Part shown: positions 40,312 through 50,599 of the stretch, piece by piece
Layout: every line of letters begins with the position of its first letter
Position numbering within the stretch: the stretch's first letter is position 1
Source: an uncultured delta proteobacterium
GTDB taxonomy: Bacteria > Desulfobacterota > Binatia > UBA9968
Assembly (NCBI GenBank): GCA_963745835.1
Contig: CAVUZH010000018.1
Coordinates: 1-64,000 of the forward strand
Reading direction: 5' to 3'
DNA length: 64,000 nt
Program-made: the position numbers and the translations under genes
The notes under the pieces: generated by a model
What the model was told of the DNA's origin: nothing
The model's input: the letters and a program-made list of their open reading frames with translations, nothing else
Database searches by the model: none

Positions 40312-41259
40312 ATGCCGAAGAAGTTGTTCAAACCTCTCGATTTTTCCAAGGTTAAAACCTATGCAGCAAAAAAACGGTTCAGCAAGGTGCAAACTAGCGC
40401 ACTCGGAAAGGTCATACAAAGAGGCAGCCGGGTGCGCACATTCATCGAAGGATTGCCAGATATTCTCGCAGCCCAAAGCTTAAAAGTAATCGCCAGCAAG
40501 ATCGCGCAAACTCACGCGGCCAACCGCACGGTGCTGCTCGGCATGGGCGCGCATCCAATTAAGGTCGGACTAAGCCCGCTGATCATAGACTTCATGAAGA
40601 AAGGTATCATTGATGCTGTAGCACTCAACGGCGCTGGAATAATTCATGACTTTGAACTCGCTTTCATGGGCGAGACATCGGAAGACGTCGAGGCCAGTCT
40701 AAAAGACGGCAGTTTCGGCATGGCCGAGGAAACCGGCGCTTTTATCAATCACGCCATCACCGTCGGTTCGACACAAGGGCTTGGCATCGGCGCCTCCGTG
40801 GGACAAGCAATCGTTGAAGCGCGTCTAAAACATCAGGAACTCAGCATTCTTGCCACTGCCGCGCGCATCGGAATTCCGGTCACGGCACACATCGCCATCG
40901 GCACGGATATCATTCATATGCATCCGAAGGCGGATGGGAAAGCTCTTGGCGACGGAAGCTTGAGAGACTTCCACACCTTGACGTGTGTAGTCGCAACCCT
41001 CGCCAACGGTGTCTATCTGAACTTCGGCTCGGCTGTGATACTGCCTGAGGTCTTTCTTAAAGCCGTGAGCTTGGCCCGTAATTTGGGGCATCCGGTGCAG
41101 AGGCTGACCACGGTAAACCTCGATTTCCTCCCTCACTACCGGCCTATGACCAATGTTGTCAAGCGTCCAACGTTGGGAAGCGGCAGAGGTTATCATCTTA
41201 CCGGCCACATGGAGATTATGGTACCACTTCTGTTCGCGGCAGTTCTAGAAAGTCTATAG
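40312..41259 (+). CDS. Conserved uncharacterised protein, deoxyhypusine-synthase-like fold
   Basis: GAHPIKVG, NGAGIIHD, GTDIIH, GSAVILPEVF, GHMEIM motifs. Confidence 0.65.
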   Translation: MPKKLFKPLDFSKVKTYAAKKRFSKVQTSALGKVIQRGSRVRTFIEGLPDILAAQSLKVIASKIAQTHAANRTVLLGMGAHPIKVGLSPLIIDFMKKGIIDAVALNGAGIIHDFELAFMGETSEDVEASLKDGSFGMAEETGAFINHAITVGSTQGLGIGASVGQAIVEARLKHQELSILATAARIGIPVTAHIAIGTDIIHMHPKADGKALGDGSLRDFHTLTCVVATLANGVYLNFGSAVILPEVFLKAVSLARNLGHPVQRLTTVNLDFLPHYRPMTNVVKRPTLGSGRGYHLTGHMEIMVPLLFAAVLESL

Positions 41260-41470
41260 TTCCCTGTTAAATTCACTTTCTCCTGTCTCAAACTTGTTCT
41301 TAATCAAGGTGATCGCAGTCAGAATTCTATCGCCCGCTCACATCGACAGAACAGAGGTACTCGCAACAGCTCAATCAAAGACTCACTTCCACGGATCGAT
41401 GAAAATCTCATTTCGCGTCTGCTGGTCATGCTTTACCCCATCTCTCTTTTCTGGTTAGAGTAACCCTGCC

Positions 41471-42271
41471 GTGGACTCCAGGACCGCGATTATCACGTTG
41501 ACGACGGATTTCGGTTATTCGGATCCGTTTGTCGGAATCATGAAAGGCGCTATTTTGTGCATCGCTCCCGATCTCCAGATCATCGATCTAAATCATGGCA
41601 TTCCGCCCCAGGATATCAGGGCGGCGGCTTTAAACTTAGCTGCGTCAGTTGACTATTTTCCCCAAGGGACCATCCATGTCGCCGTTGTTGATCCCGGCGT
41701 AGGTAGTGAACGGCGCCCGATCCTTATTCATTCAGCGGGGCACTACTTTGTTGGTCCGGACAATGGTTTGTTTAGTTTTGTGTTGAAAGACAACCAATCA
41801 TCGCTCATCGTGCACTTGTCGAACGAAGCCTATTTTTTGCAACCCAAGAGCCGAACCTTTCACGGCAGAGATATTTTTGCCCCTGTGGCGGCTCATCTTG
41901 CGCGCGGAGTTCCAGTGACTGAATTCGGCTCGCCGTCAAAAGATTGCGTATCCTTACGCTGGCCAGTAGTGGAGCGAGCGGGAGAATTCATCGTTGGGGA
42001 GGTACTCTATATTGATCGCTTTGGCAACCTGTTCACAAATATTCAAGAGCGCGATTTAACGGGGGTGGCGAGAGAAAAAATTCGCATCCATTTTAAGGAA
42101 ACTAAAATCCAAGGCCTGTCGCAAAACTATGTCGGAGGCGATAAACACACCTACATCGCGCTGGTAAATAGCTGGGGATTGGTGGAGATCGCGAGTTATA
42201 ACGATAACGCGGCAAGCCGTAGTGGGGCCAAGATTGGCGACGAGGTGCGAGTTGAGCTACTTAGTCTTTGA
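41471..42271 (+). CDS. SAM hydrolase / SAM-dependent halogenase family (DUF62)
   Basis: ITLTTDFG, VVDPGVGSERR, GPDNG, TFHGRDIFAP, IDRFGN. Confidence 0.92.
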   Translation: MDSRTAIITLTTDFGYSDPFVGIMKGAILCIAPDLQIIDLNHGIPPQDIRAAALNLAASVDYFPQGTIHVAVVDPGVGSERRPILIHSAGHYFVGPDNGLFSFVLKDNQSSLIVHLSNEAYFLQPKSRTFHGRDIFAPVAAHLARGVPVTEFGSPSKDCVSLRWPVVERAGEFIVGEVLYIDRFGNLFTNIQERDLTGVAREKIRIHFKETKIQGLSQNYVGGDKHTYIALVNSWGLVEIASYNDNAASRSGAKIGDEVRVELLSL

Positions 42272-42295
42272 GATCAGATCACCCGGAGGCGTTCC

Positions 42296-42751
42296 ATGAG
42301 TGTGCGGCTTAGTTGGGAGCAATATTTTATGACCATCACGCGGCAAGTGGCGGAGCGATCCACTTGCACGCGGGCCAAGGTCGGCGCAGTCATTGTGCGC
42401 GACAAGAGTATTCTAGCCACTGGTTACAACGGCGCGCCGGCTGGCATGCCGCACTGCACCGATGTTGGCTGCCTGATTTATGAATCCATGACACCCAACG
42501 GCGAAATCGAACAAAACTGTTTCCGCACCATCCACGCAGAGATGAATGCGATTGCGCAAGCTGCCAAGAACGGTTCCACCATTAAAGATGCGTCGATTTA
42601 TATTACCCATACGCCGTGCATTCACTGCCTTAAGGTGCTGGTAAATACGGGTATTAAGAACATCTTTTACGAAAAGCCATACAAACTTCATACGTTGGAA
42701 GAGTTGCTCAAGTACACTCAAGTCGATTTACACAAGATAGACTTGCCGTAA
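42296..42751 (+). CDS. dCMP deaminase (ComEB-like)
   Basis: RSTC, TGYNG, HAEMNAI, PCIHC zinc motif. Confidence 0.92.
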   Translation: MSVRLSWEQYFMTITRQVAERSTCTRAKVGAVIVRDKSILATGYNGAPAGMPHCTDVGCLIYESMTPNGEIEQNCFRTIHAEMNAIAQAAKNGSTIKDASIYITHTPCIHCLKVLVNTGIKNIFYEKPYKLHTLEELLKYTQVDLHKIDLP

Positions 42752-42780
42752 AAAAGGGCGTGGGTTGTTACCCACGCCCT
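42750..42780 (-). terminator. Terminator of atpIBE (possibly bidirectional)
   Basis: agggcgtggg-ttgtta-cccacgccct perfect 10-bp stem with T-tract on the minus strand. Confidence 0.75.
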
Positions 42781-42802
42781 CGTCTGACTTACTCCGCGAC
42801 AG

Positions 42803-43135
42803 TTAGATCTTACCCTGCAGAAGAAACGCGATAACAAAACCGTACAAAGCCAACGCTTCAAGCAGCGCCAAACTTAGCAGCAATGGCAGAAACAGCCTAT
42901 CGGCAGCATTAGGATTGCGCCCGATACTTTCCATGGCTGTGGCGCCTACCCGACCCTGACCGAGAGCGGCACCAAACGCAGCGACCGCAACCGCCAAACC
43001 GGCAGCAATGGCAATTGCAGCTTTGACTTGCGAGTCCGCGCTGGTAGCGGCGACACCCTCGGCGGCTGCTAGAGCCAAGCTCGATGTAATCAGCGTCACG
43101 AACACGGCGCTCAGAAGCGACCATAGCTTTTTCAT
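42803..43135 (-). CDS. atpE: ATP synthase F0 subunit c
   Basis: GAALGQG, RNP, LLEALALY; signal-like N-terminal extension. Confidence 0.95.
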   Translation of the reverse strand: MKKLWSLLSAVFVTLITSSLALAAAEGVAATSADSQVKAAIAIAAGLAVAVAAFGAALGQGRVGATAMESIGRNPNAADRLFLPLLLSLALLEALALYGFVIAFLLQGKI

Positions 43136-43229
43136 CTTTGCCTCCTTTCCAGCGAGTTGGACTAAGCCTCTTCTTCCTTCTACCTCTCCACCTTCGCCCT
43201 TTCGCTTTATTTAACGTAATGATTCGATC

Positions 43230-44018
43230 TTAGTGAGCGTGCTCTTGCCCATTCTCATGAGCTTCATCATGTCCGTGAGAAATTGCCAAGCTAACATAAA
43301 TCATGCTCAACAGCATAAAAACTGCAGCTTGAATGATCGAAACGAGTGTACCGAGAGCATAAAAGATTACCGGCACAACTAATTTGGTGAGGTCCATGAA
43401 AACTTCGATGACGATATGGTCGCCCATCATGTTGCCGAAGAGCCGGAGAGCAAGAGAAACCGGGCGAAATAAGTGGGAGACAAATTCCAAAACGAAAAAG
43501 AACACTACGGAGAGTAACAAGAGAGGCACAAACGCCAACTTGCCCAGAAAACTCTGCGCCGGGAGACCAGTCATCGGACCGACAAAGTGTTTTAAATACC
43601 CGGCTCCCATTTCTTTGATGCCGATCACGTTATAGCCGATGAACGAAACCAGTGCCAAAGCAACAGTCGTATTTAAGTCACTGGTGGGCGGTGAGAAACC
43701 AGGCAGAAGTCCGATTAAGTTGCTGAACAAGATAAACAGAAAAAACGTACCGAAAAACGGAACGAATTTGCGCCCCTGCCTGCCAATAATCGCATCGCTT
43801 TGACTGACAACCAATCCAATCAGGAGCTCGGCGATGTTTCTGGTTCCCAGCTCCGCAGCGGGAACCGCAGGATCCTGTGCACGCGCCAGGGCCACCCGAC
43901 CCCGCCAGGCAAAAAGCAGGACAAACAATGCGCTCACCAAAGCAAAAAAGGTGTGCTGCGGAAGCTTGGCCTGCCAGTCATACGGCAGGAGCGCATACCA
44001 GGTAAAGGGATGTTCCAT
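43230..44018 (-). CDS. atpB: ATP synthase F0 subunit a
   Basis: PTSDLN, RPVSLALRLFGN, IQA. Confidence 0.95.
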   Translation of the reverse strand: MEHPFTWYALLPYDWQAKLPQHTFFALVSALFVLLFAWRGRVALARAQDPAVPAAELGTRNIAELLIGLVVSQSDAIIGRQGRKFVPFFGTFFLFILFSNLIGLLPGFSPPTSDLNTTVALALVSFIGYNVIGIKEMGAGYLKHFVGPMTGLPAQSFLGKLAFVPLLLLSVVFFFVLEFVSHLFRPVSLALRLFGNMMGDHIVIEVFMDLTKLVVPVIFYALGTLVSIIQAAVFMLLSMIYVSLAISHGHDEAHENGQEHAH

Positions 44019-44025
44019 TTTTCTC

Positions 44026-44397
44026 CTACTTGAGCGAATGAATCACGGCTTCAACCAAAACCGCCAGTAGCAAACTGGAAAATCCTAGTGCGAAGGACAA
44101 TCCATCGATTTGGAATCGAAAAAATAAAAGCGTCAGAAGCCCCAAGAAAATTATAATTTTCAAGATTAGCAGAGACACGCCTGCTTTGACGCGGCCCTTA
44201 CCCGCCAGCGGCCCCAAAACCCATAAGATGCCAAATCCAAGCAAAAAAAAATTCACGCCCATGAATGCGCCGCCCAGGAGAAGCGCCGTCAGGTCGATGA
44301 GTTTGGTTTGGCCGAGAGTTACAGCGGTCGCAAGGAGAAGCAATACATGCCAAAGTTCAACGCGAAGAATGGTTGCTGCACCAGCCTGCTGTGTCAT
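44026..44397 (-). CDS. atpI: ATP synthase protein I
   Basis: Four-TM small protein immediately upstream of atpB. Confidence 0.7.
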   Translation of the reverse strand: MTQQAGAATILRVELWHVLLLLATAVTLGQTKLIDLTALLLGGAFMGVNFFLLGFGILWVLGPLAGKGRVKAGVSLLILKIIIFLGLLTLLFFRFQIDGLSFALGFSSLLLAVLVEAVIHSLK

Positions 44398-44633
44398 TCC
44401 GTTTGGTTGGGATAGAGCCTCATCACCCTACTGACGTCACGCGTGCTCCGATGGATGCAAGGTTATTGTCTCCCGACCAGCCATCGCTCTGAGTATAACT
44501 CCATGAAGCTCAAGACAACTGCACCATTACCGTTGTCGGCGTGGAAACGGCGTTCGGTTCCGATTGCGCATAGGAGGGCTGTCCTCCGCTGTCGCCACTG
44601 CGCTTAAATTTCTAACATGAAGGTATAGGGCGG

Positions 44634-45926
44634 TCAACTATGGTGATCACTTCGGCACCACGACTCGAAAGCGGCAACGGTTTTGTGTAAATCCGCGTTG
44701 GAATGAGACAGAGATATCATCATCGCTTCGAACGGGGCAGGTGGTAAATAGACCCCTCGCTCCAACATGCCGTGAAAAAACCTGGCGAAATTTTCACGAT
44801 CACATTGCCTGGCCTCGTCGGCATTGGAGACTCGTTCAACCCCGAAAAATAACGTCATCATTGAACCAGCCCGATTGATAGTCGCCTCGGTCTTATACTT
44901 CGCAAGTATCTTGGCAAAACTTTCCGCCAGGTATTTGCTTTTTTTTTCAAGCGTTTGATATGTGCCGCGACGCGAAAGCTGTTGCAACGTTGCCAGCCCG
45001 GCGGTGACGGCGAGTGGATTACCGGATAAGGTCCCGGCTTGATAGACCGGACCCAGGGGAGCGACCAAGTTCATTATATCGCGGCGTCCACCGAACGCCG
45101 CAAGGGGCAAGCCGCCGCCCAAAATCTTGCCCAAGCAAGTCAGATCCGGACGCACTCGGTAAACTCCTTGAGCGCCGCCCGATGAAAGACGAAAGCCCGT
45201 AACGACCTCATCAAAGATAAGCAAGCTGCCATATCGGCGGGTAATGCTTGCCAGGTTTGCAAGAAACTTTGGGGTCGGCGGAATCACGCCGATATTAGCG
45301 CAAACGGGTTCAACGATCACGGCCGCGATTTTATTGCCGTATTTAGAAAAGATTTTCTCAATACCCGTTATATCATTGTAACGAGCTATTAGTGTTTCAG
45401 CAGCCAACGCCGGCACCACCCCCGGACTGTCGGGCAATCCCAGCGTGGCAACTCCCGAGCCTGCCTTAACCAACAGTCCGTCTGCATGACCGTGGTAGCA
45501 GCCATCAAATTTTACGATTTTGCTGCGCTTGGTGAAGGCTCGTGCTAAACGTATTGCGCTCATTGTTGCTTCTGTGCCAGAACTCACCAGACGTATTTTT
45601 TCTATGCTCGGGATCAAACGGCAGACAGTTTCGGCCATTTGCAACTCCCGCTCGGTCGGTGCTCCGAATGTCGTGCCTTGCCGCAACGCATCCCGTAGGG
45701 CCCCGGTAACATAAGGGTGCGCATGACCGAGAATCAGCGGCCCCCAAGAGCCTACGTAATCGATATACTCATTGCCATCGACATCAATCACATGCGCGCC
45801 TTTACCGCGCGCGATAAATCGCGGCACACCTGTGACTGCGTGCCACGCTCGTACAGGACTGTTCACGCCACCCGGAATTTTTTCTTGCGCTCTGTCAAAA
45901 AGTCGCTTTGATTTGCCGATGATCAT
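44634..45926 (-). CDS. hemL: Glutamate-1-semialdehyde 2,1-aminomutase
   Basis: PGGVNSPVRA, SGTEATMSA, YHGH, FDEV.TGFR, GKILGGG. Confidence 0.97.
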   Translation of the reverse strand: MIIGKSKRLFDRAQEKIPGGVNSPVRAWHAVTGVPRFIARGKGAHVIDVDGNEYIDYVGSWGPLILGHAHPYVTGALRDALRQGTTFGAPTERELQMAETVCRLIPSIEKIRLVSSGTEATMSAIRLARAFTKRSKIVKFDGCYHGHADGLLVKAGSGVATLGLPDSPGVVPALAAETLIARYNDITGIEKIFSKYGNKIAAVIVEPVCANIGVIPPTPKFLANLASITRRYGSLLIFDEVVTGFRLSSGGAQGVYRVRPDLTCLGKILGGGLPLAAFGGRRDIMNLVAPLGPVYQAGTLSGNPLAVTAGLATLQQLSRRGTYQTLEKKSKYLAESFAKILAKYKTEATINRAGSMMTLFFGVERVSNADEARQCDRENFARFFHGMLERGVYLPPAPFEAMMISLSHSNADLHKTVAAFESWCRSDHHS

Positions 45927-46223
45927 TAGTCGAGTTCAGCTAGCACCGGCTTGTCAGGGTGTCAAGATTGCCGAACGATAAAAAATTTTTTTATAAAAAA
46001 TTTTTCCTTGAAATGGGTTATGAAAAGGACTATGACTTGCGCTTCGGCAATTTTTTGTATCTGCTCTCGCTTCGGTTTAGGCATCATAAGTCATGGGTTT
46101 TCATCGTTCGTTGTGGAACGAAAAGAATAGCAAAAAATTTGTCATCTATTCTCACTCGGTGCTTTTGTCGATTGAGTTCGTTGTTAATTCCGGTAAATAG
46201 CTGAAAGCCAAGCTGTTTTTTGA

Positions 46224-46243
46224 TTATCCACAGCTGTGGATAA
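46224..46243. promoter_or_regulatory. Two perfect inverted DnaA boxes upstream of dnaA
   Basis: TTATCCACA-gc-TGTGGATAA. Confidence 0.9.
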
Positions 46244-46303
46244 CGTTGTTCGTAACTACAATAATTTTCTTTGAAAAATTAGCTACTTAGTTGGTGCGGA
46301 ACT

Positions 46304-47650
46304 ATGCTTGAAATGTGGGAAGAAGCTCTCAGACAATTGAGAGAAAAAGTCGGAAAACAAAATTTTGAAACGTGGATTAAACCAATTCACATTCAATCGA
46401 TCACCGGCGACGGCATCGTTCTCGGCGTTCCCAATAAATTTTTCCGGGATTGGTTGAGCGAACATTATTTTCCTCAGATTAGTGAAATTTTAGAATCTTT
46501 GACACATAAAGAGTTGAAGATTTCTCTCACTATCAACAATCAATCGCCGGTTGCGCGACCGGAAAAAGTGCCAAGAGCCGAAAAAAAGGAAGAACGGGAA
46601 CCTCATCCCAAGAATCCTTCGCGCGCCAACAATCTAGTTCCAAAATATACATTCGAGAATTTCGTCGTGGGTGCCAGCAATCAATTCGCTCATGCGGCTT
46701 CAATGGCAGTGGCCAACCAGCCTGGCGATCATTACAATCCGTTGTTCATCTATGGGGGCGTTGGTCTCGGCAAGACTCATCTTGCTAATGCGATCGGCCA
46801 TCGCGCTGCTGCGACTCGTTCGGGGCTAAAGATTTTTTATCTCAGTTCAGAGTCCTTCATGAACGAACTGATTGGCTCGCTCAGGCGCGATAAAATGGAC
46901 GAATTTAAGACAAAATTCAGAAACATCGATATTTTGATCGTCGATGATGTCCAGTTTATCGCCGGCAAAGAGAGAACTCAGGAAGAGTTTTTCCATACTT
47001 TCAACTCGCTTTATGAATCCCACAAGCAGATCGTCATCACTTCCGACAAATTTCCTAAGGAAATTCCCGGACTCGAAGATCGGCTGCGGAACCGGTTTGA
47101 ATGGGGTCTGATCGCAGATATTCAACCGCCGGACATAGAGACACGAGTGGCGATCATCCAAAAGAAAGCGGAAGGAGAGGGCATTCAACTGCCTCACGAT
47201 GTGGCAATTTTTCTGGCAACCAATATCGAATCCAATGTCAGAGAATTAGAAGGATCTTTAACCCGGCTTGGAGCATTTTCCTCTCTGACGAAGTCGCTAA
47301 TTACGATCGATCTTGCCAAGGAAGTACTTCACAATACCCTCAGAGGCGCAAAGAAGGAGATAACGGTGGAGAGCATTCAGAAAACGATCTGCGATTTCTA
47401 CAATCTTAAGCTCGGTGATTTAAAGGCCAAACGAAGAACAAAAAATATCGCCCTACCACGCCAAGTGGCGATGTATCTTTGCCGAAAGTATACCGAGACC
47501 TCTTTTCCAGCCATCGGGGATAAGTTCGGCGGCCGCGATCATTCGACCGTGATTCATGCATCCAAGACAATCGAAAAGCGAATCAAAGAAGATCCCTATA
47601 TGCAGAACACGATCGAGCGATTAGAGAGAAACTTAAATCTACATAAATAG
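46304..47650 (+). CDS. dnaA: Replication initiator DnaA
   Basis: YNPLFIYGGVGLGKTHL, DDVQF, GGRDHSTV. Confidence 0.99.
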   Translation: MLEMWEEALRQLREKVGKQNFETWIKPIHIQSITGDGIVLGVPNKFFRDWLSEHYFPQISEILESLTHKELKISLTINNQSPVARPEKVPRAEKKEEREPHPKNPSRANNLVPKYTFENFVVGASNQFAHAASMAVANQPGDHYNPLFIYGGVGLGKTHLANAIGHRAAATRSGLKIFYLSSESFMNELIGSLRRDKMDEFKTKFRNIDILIVDDVQFIAGKERTQEEFFHTFNSLYESHKQIVITSDKFPKEIPGLEDRLRNRFEWGLIADIQPPDIETRVAIIQKKAEGEGIQLPHDVAIFLATNIESNVRELEGSLTRLGAFSSLTKSLITIDLAKEVLHNTLRGAKKEITVESIQKTICDFYNLKLGDLKAKRRTKNIALPRQVAMYLCRKYTETSFPAIGDKFGGRDHSTVIHASKTIEKRIKEDPYMQNTIERLERNLNLHK

Positions 47651-47651
47651 C

Positions 47652-47851
47652 TGTGGATAAGCTGTGCCGAGCCAAAGAACAATTGTGGACAACTGGTGAG
47701 TGACCATCGCCTACGCTGTTCTCGCCAACTTAGCGCGCTTAACTCTAACGATTCAACCACAGGCCAAGATAGCTCAGTTGTTGAACTTTTGGCGGTTATC
47801 CGGGTTATGAACAGTCTCTATTGCTACTACTTCACTGATTTATATATATAA
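47652..47851. other. Replication origin oriC (dnaA-dnaN intergenic part)
   Basis: TGTGGATAA 47652, TGTGGACAA 47684, tandem degenerate boxes 47796-47813, DnaA-trio-like CTA TTG CTA CTA CTT 47818-47832, AT-rich tract to 47851. Confidence 0.85.
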
Positions 47852-47876
47852 GAGAAGAAGAGAGTCGGGAGGAAAC

Positions 47877-48983
47877 ATGGAGATTAAAGCAAAGCGAGGA
47901 GATCTTCTCGCCACGCTTTATTGGACCCAAAGCATCGTTGAACGCCGCAATACGATGCCCATTTTGGCAAATGTTCTTCTCGAGTCTCAAAAAAAAGACA
48001 TTCGCGTTACCGCCACGGACCTGGAAGTCGGTGTCAGAGGAAGTCTCGAAGGAGAAGTTGTCAAAGAGGGTTCGGTTACGGTGAATGCGAAGAAACTTTA
48101 TGAGATTGTTCGCGAGGTTCCGAACGAACACGTTCAACTTAAACGACTTGAAAATGATTGGGTCGAAATTCGCAGCGGAAAATCAGTTTTCAAGATTGTC
48201 GGAATGGATGCTCGTGAGTTTCCACAGTTTCCAAAATTTAGCCGCGATGGATTGACAACCACCCCCGCTTCGACACTTCGGGAAATGATCGAGGGCACGA
48301 TCTTTTCTGTTTCCACGGACGAAACGCGTTACAGTTTGAATGGAGTTTATGTTGAGCAGGGGGAGGCCGGTAACGTTCGTTTAGTAGCTACCGACGGTCA
48401 CCGGCTGGCTTTTGACGAGAGAAACCTCGGCTCTTTCGGGCTGGCAAAAGGTGTGATTTTGCCCAGGAAGGGGTTAGCGGAACTTAAGAAGCTTCTGGAA
48501 AGCGGCGATGATGGGGTTGTCTCTATCGGCTTTCGGGAGAACATGGGTCTTGTCATGAAAGACAGAGTCGAATTGTTTATGCGACTCATCGATGGCGACT
48601 TCCCTGATTACACGAAAGTGATCCCGAAAGGGAATCAGAATATTGCTCGTATCGAGCACGATGAATTGTTGCAAGCTCTACGGCGGGTTTCGATCATTTC
48701 AAGTGAACGTTACAAGGGCATCAAAATGGAATTCACGGAGGATAAGCTTTCCGTCTCAGCGAACAATCCGGATCTCGGCGAGGCGACCGAAGAAGTAGAG
48801 ATGGAGTATAAAGGAAAACCGATCAGTATAGGCTTTAATGCCCGCTATCTGATTGATGTGCTGCATGTGCTCGGCACTGATGGGGAGGTGCAAATCGAGC
48901 TAAAAGACGAACTCAGCCCGAGCTTGGTGAAGAAGGGCGGCAAAGAAGGCTACCTTTACGTCCTGATGCCGATGCGGTTGTAA
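47877..48983 (+). CDS. dnaN: DNA polymerase III beta clamp
   Basis: ATDLE, ATDGHRL, GDFPDY, IGFNARYL, VLMPMRL. Confidence 0.98.
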   Translation: MEIKAKRGDLLATLYWTQSIVERRNTMPILANVLLESQKKDIRVTATDLEVGVRGSLEGEVVKEGSVTVNAKKLYEIVREVPNEHVQLKRLENDWVEIRSGKSVFKIVGMDAREFPQFPKFSRDGLTTTPASTLREMIEGTIFSVSTDETRYSLNGVYVEQGEAGNVRLVATDGHRLAFDERNLGSFGLAKGVILPRKGLAELKKLLESGDDGVVSIGFRENMGLVMKDRVELFMRLIDGDFPDYTKVIPKGNQNIARIEHDELLQALRRVSIISSERYKGIKMEFTEDKLSVSANNPDLGEATEEVEMEYKGKPISIGFNARYLIDVLHVLGTDGEVQIELKDELSPSLVKKGGKEGYLYVLMPMRL

Positions 48984-49037
48984 TGTTTGTAATGCTCTAA
49001 CTTGGGTGAGTGACTTGAATGTGATTTGTTGCGAAAT

Positions 49038-49901
49038 CTAGCTCCGGTACTTTTCGTCTAACTGGTACTTTTCTTCTAAACCCACAATCCTGTTAAATTC
49101 ATCGAAGGGCATCAAGCGGTCCAAAATATCCACCGTTGTTCCGTCCCGGCGAAGCGTCGTATAAACCTCATTTAGCGACTTTGCTACCGAATAAAGCGGC
49201 GCCAGCGGCCAAACGACCAGGTCGAAGCCCAGATCACGCAGTTCTTGTGGTGCCATCAAAGGAGTGACACCCCGCTCTAGCATATTGGCTACTAATGGTC
49301 CCGGCACACAGCGCGCGATCTCGAGCATCTCTTCTTTTGTTTCCGGAGCCTCAATAAACACCGCATCGGCGCCAGCCTTCTTGAATGCAATTCCACGGGT
49401 GATCGCCTCATTCAAACCTAGAGCTTGTCGCGCGTCGGTGCGCGCAACGATGAAGAAGTCGCGGTTCCTTTTGGCGTCTATGGCAGCCTGCAATTTTTTT
49501 AATTGTTCTTCGAGTGGAATGACCTGCTTGCCTTTCATGTGCCCACATCGCTTAGGCCACACCTGGTCTTCTAAAAACATGCCGGCAGCGCCAATTCTGA
49601 TCAATTCATCGACGGTTCTAATAACGTTGATCGCGTTGCCGTAGCCGGTGTCGGCATCGACGATCACCGGCAAATCGGTCACCGAACAAATTCGCTGAGC
49701 TGCCGACAACATTTCCGTTTGGGTTAAAATACCGAAATCAGGCTCCCCAAGCATCGTTGCGGCAAGGCTATAACCGCTTATAAAGATAACTTCGAAACCT
49801 GTCTTAGTGGCGATCTGTGCGCTCAGCGCATCGTAGACTCCAGGCATGACCAACTGTCCGCTTTTTTTCAATGATCGCCGAATCATTTCCGCTTTGTCCA
49901 T
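49038..49901 (-). CDS. Isocitrate lyase/PEP mutase family (PrpB-like)
   Basis: PGVYDALSA, DADTGYG, EDQ..PKRCGH, ARTD. Confidence 0.9.
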   Translation of the reverse strand: MDKAEMIRRSLKKSGQLVMPGVYDALSAQIATKTGFEVIFISGYSLAATMLGEPDFGILTQTEMLSAAQRICSVTDLPVIVDADTGYGNAINVIRTVDELIRIGAAGMFLEDQVWPKRCGHMKGKQVIPLEEQLKKLQAAIDAKRNRDFFIVARTDARQALGLNEAITRGIAFKKAGADAVFIEAPETKEEMLEIARCVPGPLVANMLERGVTPLMAPQELRDLGFDLVVWPLAPLYSVAKSLNEVYTTLRRDGTTVDILDRLMPFDEFNRIVGLEEKYQLDEKYRS

Positions 49902-49976
49902 AGGAAACTCCTAAGCCGGATTTATGAACAGCCGATCGGGCACGTGCTTCGGTGAACGAATCGGTGGGAAGTTAAC

Positions 49977-50342
49977 TCAGCGCCGCGGCCCGCCGCGGCC
50001 AAAACCGCGCTGCTGTCTTCCAGGCTCGGGCTTAGGCGCGGCGCGCAACAGCCTGGCAGATTTTAAGCCTAAAATATCAGCGCCATAGCGTGATTGGTCT
50101 AGGTGATCATAGCGAGCTTTGATCTTCTGACGGATCTGATTGCGCCTGGTCATATCTCGGAGAGCAGCTTTGAGATCTTCGAGATCGAGCGAGACAACGG
50201 CGTCATGACCACGCGCGGTAAAATGCAGCGTAAATCGTGATCCTTCGCCTTCACGCGCGCTGTAATCCATTTTTTTATCGATCGTACGAATGATTTCTCG
50301 GAGTAAAGCTTCTTCTTCTTGATGAACGCCTTTTCCAAACAT
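49977..50342 (-). CDS. Hypothetical protein
   Basis: ATG 50342 with GGAGG RBS; R/G-rich C-terminus. Confidence 0.6.
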   Translation of the reverse strand: MFGKGVHQEEEALLREIIRTIDKKMDYSAREGEGSRFTLHFTARGHDAVVSLDLEDLKAALRDMTRRNQIRQKIKARYDHLDQSRYGADILGLKSARLLRAAPKPEPGRQQRGFGRGGPRR

Positions 50343-50599
50343 AATGATGTCCTCCCCTGGCAAATAGAGAATGCCCCTGAGCCACTTAATGGGATGAGTA
50401 CGATAAGCACCCATCTGCCAATTACCGCCAGGTTGTGAAAATCTACGCTAAACTACAGGTAAGATCAATCACCATAGAAGGTTCCCGCGTAAGATTCAGA
50501 ACCACTCCAGGTGAGGCCGCAGGTCGAGGTTCGTGCATCCAAAAATAGGTGTTTGTTCGAACGTGAATAGGACGAGTTCGGCAATGCTATCCAGTGAAA

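Noticed and set aside
37982-42751. Anti-phage nucleotide-depletion island (dNTPase plus deaminase)
   Set aside because: Both look like short housekeeping-type enzymes embedded among core genes; the deaminase lacks the kinase-like domain of defensive dCTP deaminases
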